Assembly: GCA_016718035.1 (NCBI GenBank)
Contig: JADKEK010000003.1
Coordinates: forward strand, 456,292 to 520,291
Length of the DNA stretch: 64,000 bases
Source: Bacteroidota bacterium
GTDB lineage: Bacteria > Bacteroidota > Bacteroidia > Chitinophagales > BACL12
Direction of reading: 5' to 3'
The notes below the pieces were generated by a model. The model was not told where the DNA came from. It made no database searches and saw nothing but the letters and a program-made list of their open reading frames with translations. The translations under genes were made by a program, and so were the position numbers. Each line of letters starts with the position of its first letter. The stretch's first letter is position 1. Below are positions 29,030 to 38,884 of the stretch, piece by piece.

Positions 29030-31492
29030 ATGAAAAATATTCGACCTGCCTTTGTACTTTCCCTGCTGCTTATTTTATCTCTAGCTGCATATTGCCAACA
29101 TGGTGTTTTGCCTCCCATCGCTCAAAAAGTAACAAATGCCCGGCTTTCAGGTGCTGCTTTCAAGCAATCAAGTCCATTTCAGGTTAATACAAGCTTAATA
29201 AAAAAGCAATTAAGTTCGCAGTTTGCAAAAGACATCACTTTTGCTGATTTAAATTTGGCTGAAATAGCTAATATATACCAAGCGAAAGATGAATCAATTA
29301 CATTAATATTACCTTACAAAACCGGTTCACTGCACCTCGATTTAGTTAAGGTAAATTTATTAGCTGAAAATTTTAAAGTTTATTCAAGCGAAAACAATTT
29401 ACCTGTTGCATATTCACCCGGATTATTTTATCAGGGAATTATATCCAATGACCCTTCCTCTGTAGTTGCTATAACAATTTATCCCGGCGCCATTGCCGGG
29501 ACTGTTTCAGCAATCAACATGGGTAATATTAATATCGGCAGGTCTAAAAAAGGATTAGCAACTGATTATTTAATTTATTCAGATGCTGATGTTTTAGTTA
29601 ATCCTGAATTGGGAAACTGCAGCACCGAAATGGACCCTAATTATTTGGAACAGTATTATCAAATAATGCAAAATATCGAGGGTAACAGAGATGTAAAATG
29701 CCCAAAAATATTTTTTGAAGCCGACTATGATATCTTTTTAAATTATGGAGGCGCTTCTGTAATCGGCACATCTGATTACATCATCAACTTATTTAATGTT
29801 GTTGCTGCTATCTTTACTAATGAGATGATATCTACCGAAATCCAAACCATTTATGTTTGGTCAACTCCTGATACATATAGCGATTTATCATCCAGTGACA
29901 AATTATATTCATTTAGTATTAACAGACCAACTTTTGAAGGTGATGTAGCGCATTTATTTGCTATGTATGGCGGAAGCGGTGGAATTGCAAGTACAGTAAA
30001 TGGTTTATGTAATGGTTATAGTTATAGTGTAAGTTGGATAAGCGGAACATATTTTGAATACCCAAATTATAGCTGGCCGGTTTTTGTTGTAACACACGAA
30101 CTTGGACATTTATTTGGAAGCGCACACACACAAAGTTGTTTTGCCTGGATTGGTGGTGCTCTCGACAATTGTTATACTACCGAAGGTGGTTGCGCACCCG
30201 GACCTGCACCAATAGATGGCGGTACCATAATGAGCTATTGTCACGTTACAGCTTATGGTGTAAATTTCGCAAACGGATTTGGCCCACAACCTGGTGATGC
30301 AATTAGAAATACAATTGCTGCTTCATATTGCATAGATGCCTGCGGAATTTATGAATACAATCCTTATTGTTATGTGTATGCATTTAGTTCAACATCGCAA
30401 TGGATTCAATCAGTAAAAATGGCCGGGATAGCATCTATTACAGGTAATAATGATGGATATGGATATTTTTTAGGAACCACATTTTTTGTTCAACCCGGCG
30501 ACAGCAGTATTATAAAAGTAACTCCCGGATATCTTGATGCAGCAATTCCGGTTTCAGTTGGAATATGGATTGATTTTAATCAGGATGGTGATTTTTTTGA
30601 TGATGGAGAATTAGTGGTGAATAAAACAGATATTACTTCAACCGTTACATCAACATTTTATTGTGCAAGTGGATTAACTGGAACAACCCGAATGCGAATA
30701 TTATTAAAATATGGTGGTCCAATCTCAACCCCATGCGATATTTTTTTTGGAGAGGCTGAAGATTATACCGTTTCATTTGACATCCCAGTTACCTATTGTA
30801 ATGCCGCTGGATTAAATGCCACAAACAATTTTATAGATTACCTAAAACTGAATGAAATTAACCGCATTTCAGCGTCTGATGGTGGTTATTATAACGGAAC
30901 AGCACTATCAGCTAACTTAACAGCAGGAAGCGCTTATTCACTCACTTTCAGTAACGGCTTTACCGGTATCGCTGAACAAATGTACTGGCGAGCTTGGATA
31001 GATTTTAATGGTGATGGAGATTTTTCAGATTCCGGCGAAAAAGTTATGCAAAAGAAAACAACTTCAGCTGCCAATTTCATTAAATCAATTACAATACCAT
31101 TAACAGCAACACCGGGTAATACTCGTATGAGAATTATTTCAAAATTTGGAGGTTATCCTAATCCATGTGAAAGTTTTGCTACAGGTGAGGTTGAAGATTA
31201 TACGATTAATATTTTACCTGCATTAGCATCCGCCACAACACAGGAATTCGAAATGCTTGTATTTCCAAATCCTGCATCTACCCAACTCCAGGTAAAATAC
31301 TCCCACTCAACAGGTGATGGTGTTTCGATTGATGTTTTTGATTTAACCGGTAAACAATATTTTGCCGAAAAAATTAATGCGCAAAGTGGCAGTATTGAAA
31401 TTAATCTAACCGGTTTATCTAGTGGTATTTATCTCATTAAAATAACCCAAGAAAATGGTAATTCATCAATAAAGCACTTTGTAAAAATGTAA
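29030..31492 (+). CDS. Secreted metzincin with two GEVED-type domains and a T9SS CTD (tandem paralog)
   Basis: HELGHLFGSAH, then GEAEDYTV and GEVEDYTI, and a T9SS CTD (FPNPAST...IYLIKITQENGNSSIKHFVKM). Colinear with 26404-28863 along its whole length. Confidence 0.8.
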   Translation: MKNIRPAFVLSLLLILSLAAYCQHGVLPPIAQKVTNARLSGAAFKQSSPFQVNTSLIKKQLSSQFAKDITFADLNLAEIANIYQAKDESITLILPYKTGSLHLDLVKVNLLAENFKVYSSENNLPVAYSPGLFYQGIISNDPSSVVAITIYPGAIAGTVSAINMGNINIGRSKKGLATDYLIYSDADVLVNPELGNCSTEMDPNYLEQYYQIMQNIEGNRDVKCPKIFFEADYDIFLNYGGASVIGTSDYIINLFNVVAAIFTNEMISTEIQTIYVWSTPDTYSDLSSSDKLYSFSINRPTFEGDVAHLFAMYGGSGGIASTVNGLCNGYSYSVSWISGTYFEYPNYSWPVFVVTHELGHLFGSAHTQSCFAWIGGALDNCYTTEGGCAPGPAPIDGGTIMSYCHVTAYGVNFANGFGPQPGDAIRNTIAASYCIDACGIYEYNPYCYVYAFSSTSQWIQSVKMAGIASITGNNDGYGYFLGTTFFVQPGDSSIIKVTPGYLDAAIPVSVGIWIDFNQDGDFFDDGELVVNKTDITSTVTSTFYCASGLTGTTRMRILLKYGGPISTPCDIFFGEAEDYTVSFDIPVTYCNAAGLNATNNFIDYLKLNEINRISASDGGYYNGTALSANLTAGSAYSLTFSNGFTGIAEQMYWRAWIDFNGDGDFSDSGEKVMQKKTTSAANFIKSITIPLTATPGNTRMRIISKFGGYPNPCESFATGEVEDYTINILPALASATTQEFEMLVFPNPASTQLQVKYSHSTGDGVSIDVFDLTGKQYFAEKINAQSGSIEINLTGLSSGIYLIKITQENGNSSIKHFVKM

Positions 31493-31593
31493 ATTAAGTT
31501 TGAATTTTAAATTTAACCGAACTAAAGTTATAAATCCATCTTATAAAACTTTTAAACAAAATCTGTCGTATATTTATCCATAACAAACCATAT

Positions 31594-32358
31594 ATGCGAC
31601 CGATTTTATTGATTTGTATTATTGCTTTATCTACCAGCTGCACCCTACCTTCTTGCAGAACCATTTCAGGGTTGGAAACAGATTCGCAACCATTTACCCA
31701 TGAACAATGGACTAACCTGTTGCAAAAACATGTGAACGCAGATGGTTGGGTTAATTATGAGGGATTTATAAAGGACAGCTTACAACTCAACAATTACCTG
31801 CAACAAATCGAGTCAAATTATCCCAACGAAAAAAATTGGAGCAGAGAACAAATATTAGCCTATTGGATAAATGCCTATAATGCCTACACAGTGCAAATTG
31901 TAATACGCAATTATCCTGTTGCCAGTATTAAAGATATTAAGCCCGGCGTCGCATTTCTTAATTCTGTTTGGGATATCAAATTTATTACTATTGAAGGTGA
32001 ACAACTCGACCTCAATAATATCGAACACAATATTTTGCGCAAAATGAACGAACCTAGAATCCATTTTGCCGTTAACTGCGCCAGTTATTCCTGCCCAAAA
32101 CTTCTCAATACAGCCTACGAAGCAGCTACAATTGACAATCAGCTCAATCAACAGGCCATAGATTTTATTAACGACCCCAAACGCAACGTCATAACTGCCG
32201 AAAAGGCTGATGTAAGTAGCATTTTTAACTGGTTTACCGGCGACTTCACTAATGATGGCTCGTTGAAAGATTTCTTAAACAAATACAGTAAAGTGCCAAT
32301 AGCCGAAAATACCGGAATTAACTTTTTGGAATACAACTGGAATTTGAATAAGCAATAA
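31594..32358 (+). CDS. DUF547 domain-containing lipoprotein
   Basis: Lipobox ALSTSC, plus WINAYNAYTV...HFAVNCASYSCPKL, characteristic of DUF547. Confidence 0.7.
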   Translation: MRPILLICIIALSTSCTLPSCRTISGLETDSQPFTHEQWTNLLQKHVNADGWVNYEGFIKDSLQLNNYLQQIESNYPNEKNWSREQILAYWINAYNAYTVQIVIRNYPVASIKDIKPGVAFLNSVWDIKFITIEGEQLDLNNIEHNILRKMNEPRIHFAVNCASYSCPKLLNTAYEAATIDNQLNQQAIDFINDPKRNVITAEKADVSSIFNWFTGDFTNDGSLKDFLNKYSKVPIAENTGINFLEYNWNLNKQ

Positions 32359-32513
32359 TACATTTTCTTATTGCTATGAAAATTACACGAAACAATTTGG
32401 TAATTTTAAACTAACTCAAATACAATTAACGTTTTTTATGAAATAAGTCGGAACTATTCATATTTTGTTCTTATTTTCATAGTTCATTCGTTTTACTTTC
32501 GCAGCCACTATCT

Positions 32514-33851
32514 ATGCATATTGTAATAATTGGAAATGGAATTACCGGAATAACCGCAGCACGAACAATCCGTAAACATTCGGATCATGAAATAACTGTT
32601 GTATCCGGAGAAACAGATTATTTTTTTAGCAGAACTGCACTCATGTATATTTACATGGGGCATATGCAGTTTAAAGACACGCAACCATATGAGCCCTGGT
32701 TTTGGACAAAGAACAGGATAAATCTCAAACGCGCTTGGGTTAAAACCATAGATACTCAAAACAAGCAGCTGTTGTTTAGTAACGATGATCGCATGCCTTA
32801 CGATAAATTACTAATTGCCTCAGGAGCCAAACCAAACAAATTTGGCTGGCCGGGTCAGGATTTAATTGGTGTGCAGGGACTATATAGCTACCAGGACCTG
32901 GAAGAACTGGAAAAAAATACTGCCAATGGCATTAACCGTGCTGTTATTGTTGGTGGCGGTTTAATAGGCATGGAAATGGCTGAAATGTTGCATTCCCGCC
33001 ATTATCCGGTTACATTTCTAGTAAGGGAAAGCAGTTATTGGAATAATATTTTACCTGAACAAGAATCGCAACTTATTACCCGACATATTCGTGAACATGG
33101 ATTTGACCTCAGGCTAAATGAAACACTAAAAGAAATAAAAGGTGATGCCAACGGAAAAGTAACTTCAATAATTACAGGAAGTGGAGAAGAAATAGCCTGT
33201 CAGGTAGTTGGACTCACTGCAGGTGTTTCGCCAAATATTGCCTTTTTAAAAGATACCGAAATAAAAACAGACAAAGGTGTGGTGATTAACCAGCACATGC
33301 ACACCAATGTTGAAGATATTTATGCCGCCGGCGATTGTGCACAATTTCAGCATGCACTACCCGACAGACGTGTAATTGAACAAGTTTGGTATACCGGAAA
33401 ACTCCAGGGTGAAGCAGCAGCGTTTAACATGTTGGGGCACGACAAAATGTACGAACCCGGGTTTTGGTTTAATAGTGCAAAATTTTTAGACATCGAGTAT
33501 CAAACTTATGGTACGGTATTAAATACTTTGCGAGAAGGGGAAACAGAATTTTATTGGGAAAGTGATGACCATCAAAAATGTGTGCATGTTGTATATCGTG
33601 AAAGTGATCACCTATTTATTGGTATAAATGTTTTTGGTATCAGAATGCGTCACGAAATATTTAATCGCTGGTTGTTAGAAAAACAAAAAGTTGAACATAT
33701 TATTTCGCATTTAAGTGCTGCCAATTTCGACCCGGAATTTTTCAAACCTTTTGAGCAGGAAATAATTAATGCATGGAACAATCAATATCCGGCAAATACC
33801 ATTCAATTAAAAGCAAAATCAGCATTTACTAAACTCATTTTCGGCAATTAA
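32514..33851 (+). CDS. NAD(P)/FAD-dependent pyridine nucleotide-disulfide-type oxidoreductase
   Basis: Two Rossmann motifs (IVIIGNGITGITAA and AVIVGGGLIGMEMA) and a C-terminal YAAGDCA. Confidence 0.8.
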   Translation: MHIVIIGNGITGITAARTIRKHSDHEITVVSGETDYFFSRTALMYIYMGHMQFKDTQPYEPWFWTKNRINLKRAWVKTIDTQNKQLLFSNDDRMPYDKLLIASGAKPNKFGWPGQDLIGVQGLYSYQDLEELEKNTANGINRAVIVGGGLIGMEMAEMLHSRHYPVTFLVRESSYWNNILPEQESQLITRHIREHGFDLRLNETLKEIKGDANGKVTSIITGSGEEIACQVVGLTAGVSPNIAFLKDTEIKTDKGVVINQHMHTNVEDIYAAGDCAQFQHALPDRRVIEQVWYTGKLQGEAAAFNMLGHDKMYEPGFWFNSAKFLDIEYQTYGTVLNTLREGETEFYWESDDHQKCVHVVYRESDHLFIGINVFGIRMRHEIFNRWLLEKQKVEHIISHLSAANFDPEFFKPFEQEIINAWNNQYPANTIQLKAKSAFTKLIFGN

Positions 33852-33899
33852 CGCTGAAGTTTTTTTATCACAATTCATCGTTAATCAAAATTTACTAAA

Positions 33900-35273
33900 A
33901 TGTCACAGGCAAACAATAGTTTATCATTATCGAATCCGCATCCTGCCAATTTTAACGCCAAACAAAAAACCGGCTTAGCCATTACAGGCTTGGGTTTACT
34001 GGCGTTTTTTATGGCTTGGGCTGGTGCTGCCAATCAACAGCCGCTAATATTTTTAATTATCACGCTGGTGTGTTTTTTTGGCGGTGGCATATTGTTTACC
34101 ATTGGCTCGTATGGACATCTCCCGAAGGGAATAAAAAATAACCGTACCATGTTTACCTCTATTTCATCACGAGGAGCATTAGCATGGATAAGTGGTGTAG
34201 TAATTACCGGATTTTATATTTTATTGTATTGGCGAGATTTCTGGAAAGAATTATTTGGTGCCGATTTATTTATTGGGTTGGTGAATTTATTTAATCCGCT
34301 CAGTTTATTGTTGCGCAATACAAAAGCCGATCAATGGTTTGTATATGGAACATTATATACTGTTGCTGTATTAGTTATGGGATTTAAATTTATTTATAAA
34401 TATCGCCATAATCGTTATCAGCAAATACGTACCACTTCTGTAATGTTTTTTCAATTGGGTTTTGCCTGGTTGCTGCCGGGAATTATGAAAGCATTGTATA
34501 ATTATGAACCCTATTTAACTTATTTCTGGCCATTAGATTATGATGCCATTTTCCCAACCACATTAAGTTATTTCCAAACACAGGGTGCTTTTGGTATGTT
34601 TTTCATTTTCTGGGGTTTGGTGATGACATTTGTAGCAACACCATTATTAACCTACTTTTTTGGCAAACGATGGTATTGCAGTTGGGTATGCGGATGTGGT
34701 GGTTTAGCCGAAACTGCAGGAGACCCTTTTCGTCACCTCAGCGACAAATCCATGAAGGCCTGGAAAATTGAAAGATGGTTGATTCATAGCGTTTTGGCAG
34801 CCATAATTATAATAACCGTGTTATTATTGGTAGATAATGGCTTTAAAAATAATTTATTAGGCGGTGCCGCTAAAGATATTGCCAAGGGCTACAGTTTCGT
34901 GATAGGAATGGTGTTTAGCGGGGTAGTCGGGGTTGGATTTTACCCAATAATGGGCAGCAGGGTATGGTGTCGTTTCGGATGCCCGATGGCTGCTTACATG
35001 GGACTAATTCAGCGATTTAAATCACGGTTTAGAATAACTACAAACGGCGCCCAGTGTATATCCTGTGGCAATTGCTCCACCTATTGCGAAATGGGCATAG
35101 ATGTGCGCGCTTACGCCCAAAAAGGGCAAAATATAGTGCGGGCCAGCTGCGTTGGCTGTGGCGTATGTTCGGCAGTTTGTCCTCGCGGTGTACTCAAACT
35201 CGAAAACGGTCCGGACAACACAAAACGCACCGAATTCTTGTTTACTTCTGAAGATTTAAAAATTCTCTCTTAA
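33900..35273 (+). CDS. Integral-membrane 4Fe-4S polyferredoxin (NapH/MauN-like)
   Basis: Multiple TM helices, CSWVCGCGG, CRFGCPM, and two ferredoxin motifs CISCGNCSTYC and CVGCGVCSAVCP. Confidence 0.75.
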   Translation: MSQANNSLSLSNPHPANFNAKQKTGLAITGLGLLAFFMAWAGAANQQPLIFLIITLVCFFGGGILFTIGSYGHLPKGIKNNRTMFTSISSRGALAWISGVVITGFYILLYWRDFWKELFGADLFIGLVNLFNPLSLLLRNTKADQWFVYGTLYTVAVLVMGFKFIYKYRHNRYQQIRTTSVMFFQLGFAWLLPGIMKALYNYEPYLTYFWPLDYDAIFPTTLSYFQTQGAFGMFFIFWGLVMTFVATPLLTYFFGKRWYCSWVCGCGGLAETAGDPFRHLSDKSMKAWKIERWLIHSVLAAIIIITVLLLVDNGFKNNLLGGAAKDIAKGYSFVIGMVFSGVVGVGFYPIMGSRVWCRFGCPMAAYMGLIQRFKSRFRITTNGAQCISCGNCSTYCEMGIDVRAYAQKGQNIVRASCVGCGVCSAVCPRGVLKLENGPDNTKRTEFLFTSEDLKILS

Positions 35274-35302
35274 CATTATTTAAATATCATTTACAATTGA
35301 CG

Positions 35303-35310
35303 TAATTTTG
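35303..35310 (+). promoter_or_regulatory. Bacteroidota -7 box TAATTTTG for the glycosyltransferase module
   Basis: Exact TAnnTTTG match, 35 nt upstream of the ATG at 35346. Confidence 0.45.
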
Positions 35311-35345
35311 TGCACTTTTTCAGGGGTGGCAGCTCAAAGTTTAAC

Positions 35346-36038
35346 ATGCAGAAAATCAGCGTAATCATACCGGTTTTTAACGAAAGCGGTTCGATTGGAC
35401 ATGTTTTAAAAGACATACCTGCAGATTTGGTGACAGAAGTAATAGTGGTGAACAATGGTTCTACCGATAATACTGCTGAAATTGCCAAAACAATGGGTGC
35501 CACTGTGTTGTTGGAACAAAGAAAAGGTTATGGGTCGGCGTGTTTAAAGGGAATAAATTACCTAAAACAAAAGCCCTTAGCTGAGCAACCTGAAATTGTA
35601 GTGTTCATTGACGGTGATTATTCCGACTATCCGGAGCAAATGCGAGCACTTGTTCAACCAGTTATCAACGGTGATGCCGTTATGGTTATTGGCAGCAGAG
35701 CAAGGGGAAAACGCATAAAAGGATCTATGGCACCACAACAAATTTTTGGTAACTGGCTGGCAACAACCCTTATCAAACTCTTGTTTGGCGCACGTTTCAG
35801 CGATCTGGGGCCGTTCAGAGCCATAACCTGGGCAACCCTGTTGGACCTGAATATGCAAGATACCAATTACGGATGGACGGTAGAAATGCAGATTAAAGTG
35901 GCAAAAAAGAAATTACGATTTACAGAAATTGCCGTAGATTACAGACCGAGAATAGGCGTTTCGAAAATCACAGGCACCGTTAAAGGCACAATCATGGCTG
36001 GTTATAAAATTATAACTACCATTTTTAAATATTATTGA
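35346..36038 (+). CDS. GT2 glycosyltransferase, polyprenyl-phosphate sugar synthase (Dpm1/Ppm1-like)
   Basis: ISVIIPVFNE, VVNNGSTDNT, FIDGDYSD (DxD), about 230 aa soluble GT-A. ATG 35346 is preferred over the GTG at 35310. Confidence 0.75.
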   Translation: MQKISVIIPVFNESGSIGHVLKDIPADLVTEVIVVNNGSTDNTAEIAKTMGATVLLEQRKGYGSACLKGINYLKQKPLAEQPEIVVFIDGDYSDYPEQMRALVQPVINGDAVMVIGSRARGKRIKGSMAPQQIFGNWLATTLIKLLFGARFSDLGPFRAITWATLLDLNMQDTNYGWTVEMQIKVAKKKLRFTEIAVDYRPRIGVSKITGTVKGTIMAGYKIITTIFKYY

Positions 36039-36053
36039 ACCTAACCGATTGAC

Positions 36054-37531
36054 ATGTCAATCACTATAATAGTAATTTATACCATAGCCATTACCCTGCT
36101 GTTCTTTTACTGCATAATGCAGTTAAGTCTGGCCATTCATTACATCAAGTTCAAGAGAAACCTGAAAAAGGAAGAAACAATTTTTACTATTCCTGAATCA
36201 GAGTATCCCTATGTTACCGTGCAATTGCCGGTGTTCAACGAATTGTATGTAGTGGAACGTTTAATCGATGCTATTGCTGCATTCGATTACCCTGCTGATA
36301 AACTAGAAATCCAGTTACTCGACGATTCAACAGACGAAAGTTTTGAAATTGCGCGTAAAAAAGTGGATTACTATCACCAGCGTGGTATAGATATTAAACA
36401 AATTCGTCGCCCAGAACGCAAAGGTTTCAAAGCCGGTGCCCTCGAATATGGTTTAAGAGAAGCAAAAGGTGAGTATGTGGCTATTTTTGACGCAGACTTT
36501 GTTCCTTTTCCTGATTTCCTCAAAAAAACTATCCCTCACTTTTTATTGGACGACAAAATTGGTGTTGTTCAGGCAAAATGGGATCACCTCAATAAAGATT
36601 ATAGCATCCTGACCAAAATGCAGGCTTTTGCCCTCGATATGCATTTTACTATTGAGCAACAAGGCCGTAATGCTGCCGGTTACTTTATTAATTTTAACGG
36701 CACTGCAGGTGTTTGGCGCAAAGCCACTATTGAAGATGCAGGTGGCTGGAAAGCAGATACGTTAACTGAAGATCTTGACCTCAGCTATCGCGCACAATTA
36801 AAAGGATGGAAATTTAGTACGTTGAAAATGTAGTTGCTCCGGCCGAATTACCAACCGATATGAATGCGTTAAAATCACAGCAATTCCGTTGGAACAAAGG
36901 TGGTGCCGAAACAGCTAAAAAAATTGGCTTACGTGTTATTAATGCCGAATTACCGCTGCGTATTAAATTACACGCTGTTGCTCACTTATTTAATACCACC
37001 AATTATATTTTTATTTTAATAACAGCCATATTAAGTGTTCCGCTGTTGTTTATTAAAAATCAGGTGATTGATTTTAACTATTTCAAATACGCCAGTATTT
37101 TCTTAATGGGTTCTATTGCTATTGCTTACGCATATTATATTTCCACTTTACAACGTGAAAAAACAATGCGTAAAACTTTAAGCGTGTATATTACCCGTTT
37201 CCCAATATTTTTAGCCATTACAATGGGTATGAGCTTACACAATGCCTGGGCAGTTTTTCGTGGCTGGTTAGGTCAGCAAACTGCATTTGTGCGCACACCT
37301 AAGTTCAATATTGTGAATGGAAAAGATATCTGGAAAAATAAAAAATACACCGCATCTAAAATAAGTCCTATTGTTTACCTCGAGGGATTATTCAGTCTCT
37401 ATTTCCTTTCAGGAATCATCATGGGATTTTATTATGAGGATTATGGTTTATTACCTTTCCACATGCTGGCTTTCTCAGGTTTCGCATTAATTTTCTATTT
37501 TTCGCTGAAACATTCAAAGCTCAACTCGTAA
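36054..37531 (+). pseudogene. CesA/NodC-like processive GT2 glycosyltransferase, interrupted by a 1-nt frameshift near 36816
   Basis: ORF 36054-36833 carries VQLPVFNE, LDDSTD, FDADF and the TED motif (LTEDLDLS). ORF 36860-37531 carries QQFRWNKG plus C-terminal TMs. In the second frame the sequence upstream of the track Met reads YVENVVAPAELPTDMNALKSQQFRW, leaving only 2 nt (AG) after ...KGWKF. Confidence 0.8.
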
Positions 37532-37534
37532 AAA

Positions 37535-38884
37535 ATGAACAAAACAACAATCACCGGAAACTGGAGATTTGTTGTTTATGTGTTGTTTGCAACTTTGTTT
37601 TTGCTGATTAACTACAGCACTCAACGAACCGACTTCATTCAACTCATCAGCCTGTATTGCTGTGCATTTGGTTTATATGTAATCATTTATAAATATTGGA
37701 ATACCGATGTACTAATCAATGAAGGCAAATGGTTGGGAATAGCCATACGTTTTTCGATTTTATTTAGCATGCCCAATTTAACTGATGATTTTTATCGGTT
37801 TATCTGGGATGGCCATCTCACCATCAATCATATCAACCCTTATGCTTATACACCTGATATGGTGAAAGCACAAAATTATTTAGGTGCAGATAACATGGTA
37901 CTCAATGATAGTTTATATCAAAGCCTGAATTCAAGACCATATTTTACCATCTACCCTCCTATCAGTCAATTCCTGTTTTCAGTATCAGCGCATTTATCCG
38001 GAGGGCACCTGTTGCTCAATCAAATCATTCTGAAATTATTTATCTTTTTATTTGAAGTGGGTAGTGTATTATTAATACCTAAAATATTACAGCAATTACG
38101 ATTAAGCTCTCATTTACAATTGTTGTACACATTAAATCCTTTAGTAATTCTGGAGCTGACCGGGAATTTACATTTTGAAGCAGTAATGATTTTCTTTTTA
38201 TTACTGGCTATTTACTTTATTAATAAACAGCAACTTACCTTTTCAGCTATCGCTTTTGGGTTTGCAATTGGAGCAAAGTTATGGCCAATTATGCTTATGC
38301 CTTTGTTGTTTAAAAAGCTGGGGTTCAAACAAACTATTTTCTATAGCACCATAAGTGGTTTGGTGAGCGTTGTTGTTTTATTCCCCATGTTGCAGCAATA
38401 TGCAAATATCTTCTCCAGTTTAAATCTGTACTTCCAGCAATTTGAATTTAATGGTTCGGTGTATTATTTATTGCGATGGATAATTAACAAGGATGAACAT
38501 TTTGAAACCTTTGAATTAATGCGCAGGCTGCTACCTGTATTTACGGTTGTGGCAATTAGTATGCTGAGTTATTTTTATACGAAAGATAAATTTATTGGTG
38601 CCTTACAAATTACATTTTCTATTTATTGTTTGTTTGCCACTACTATGCATCCATGGTATATTACACCACTAATTATGTTGAGTGTTTTTTCCGGTTACCG
38701 ATATGCTATTGTGTGGTCGCTGCTTATTTATTTTACTTACATTACTTATATCGACATCACTTATCCGGAGAATTATTTTGTGGTGGTGATGGAGTATTTA
38801 GTTGTAATTGGGTTTTGTTTGTTTGAGGTTTTTATTTTACCGGGAAGGCGGGGAGAAGGGAAGTTTCGGGAAGAAATTCAATGA
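37535..38884 (+). CDS. GT-C-fold-like polytopic membrane protein (putative polyprenyl-phosphate-sugar-dependent glycosyltransferase)
   Basis: More than 10 predicted TM helices. An acidic motif LTDDFYRFIWDG sits in the first extracytoplasmic loop, as in GT-C enzymes. Adjacent to a Dpm1-like GT2. Confidence 0.5.
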   Translation: MNKTTITGNWRFVVYVLFATLFLLINYSTQRTDFIQLISLYCCAFGLYVIIYKYWNTDVLINEGKWLGIAIRFSILFSMPNLTDDFYRFIWDGHLTINHINPYAYTPDMVKAQNYLGADNMVLNDSLYQSLNSRPYFTIYPPISQFLFSVSAHLSGGHLLLNQIILKLFIFLFEVGSVLLIPKILQQLRLSSHLQLLYTLNPLVILELTGNLHFEAVMIFFLLLAIYFINKQQLTFSAIAFGFAIGAKLWPIMLMPLLFKKLGFKQTIFYSTISGLVSVVVLFPMLQQYANIFSSLNLYFQQFEFNGSVYYLLRWIINKDEHFETFELMRRLLPVFTVVAISMLSYFYTKDKFIGALQITFSIYCLFATTMHPWYITPLIMLSVFSGYRYAIVWSLLIYFTYITYIDITYPENYFVVVMEYLVVIGFCLFEVFILPGRRGEGKFREEIQ

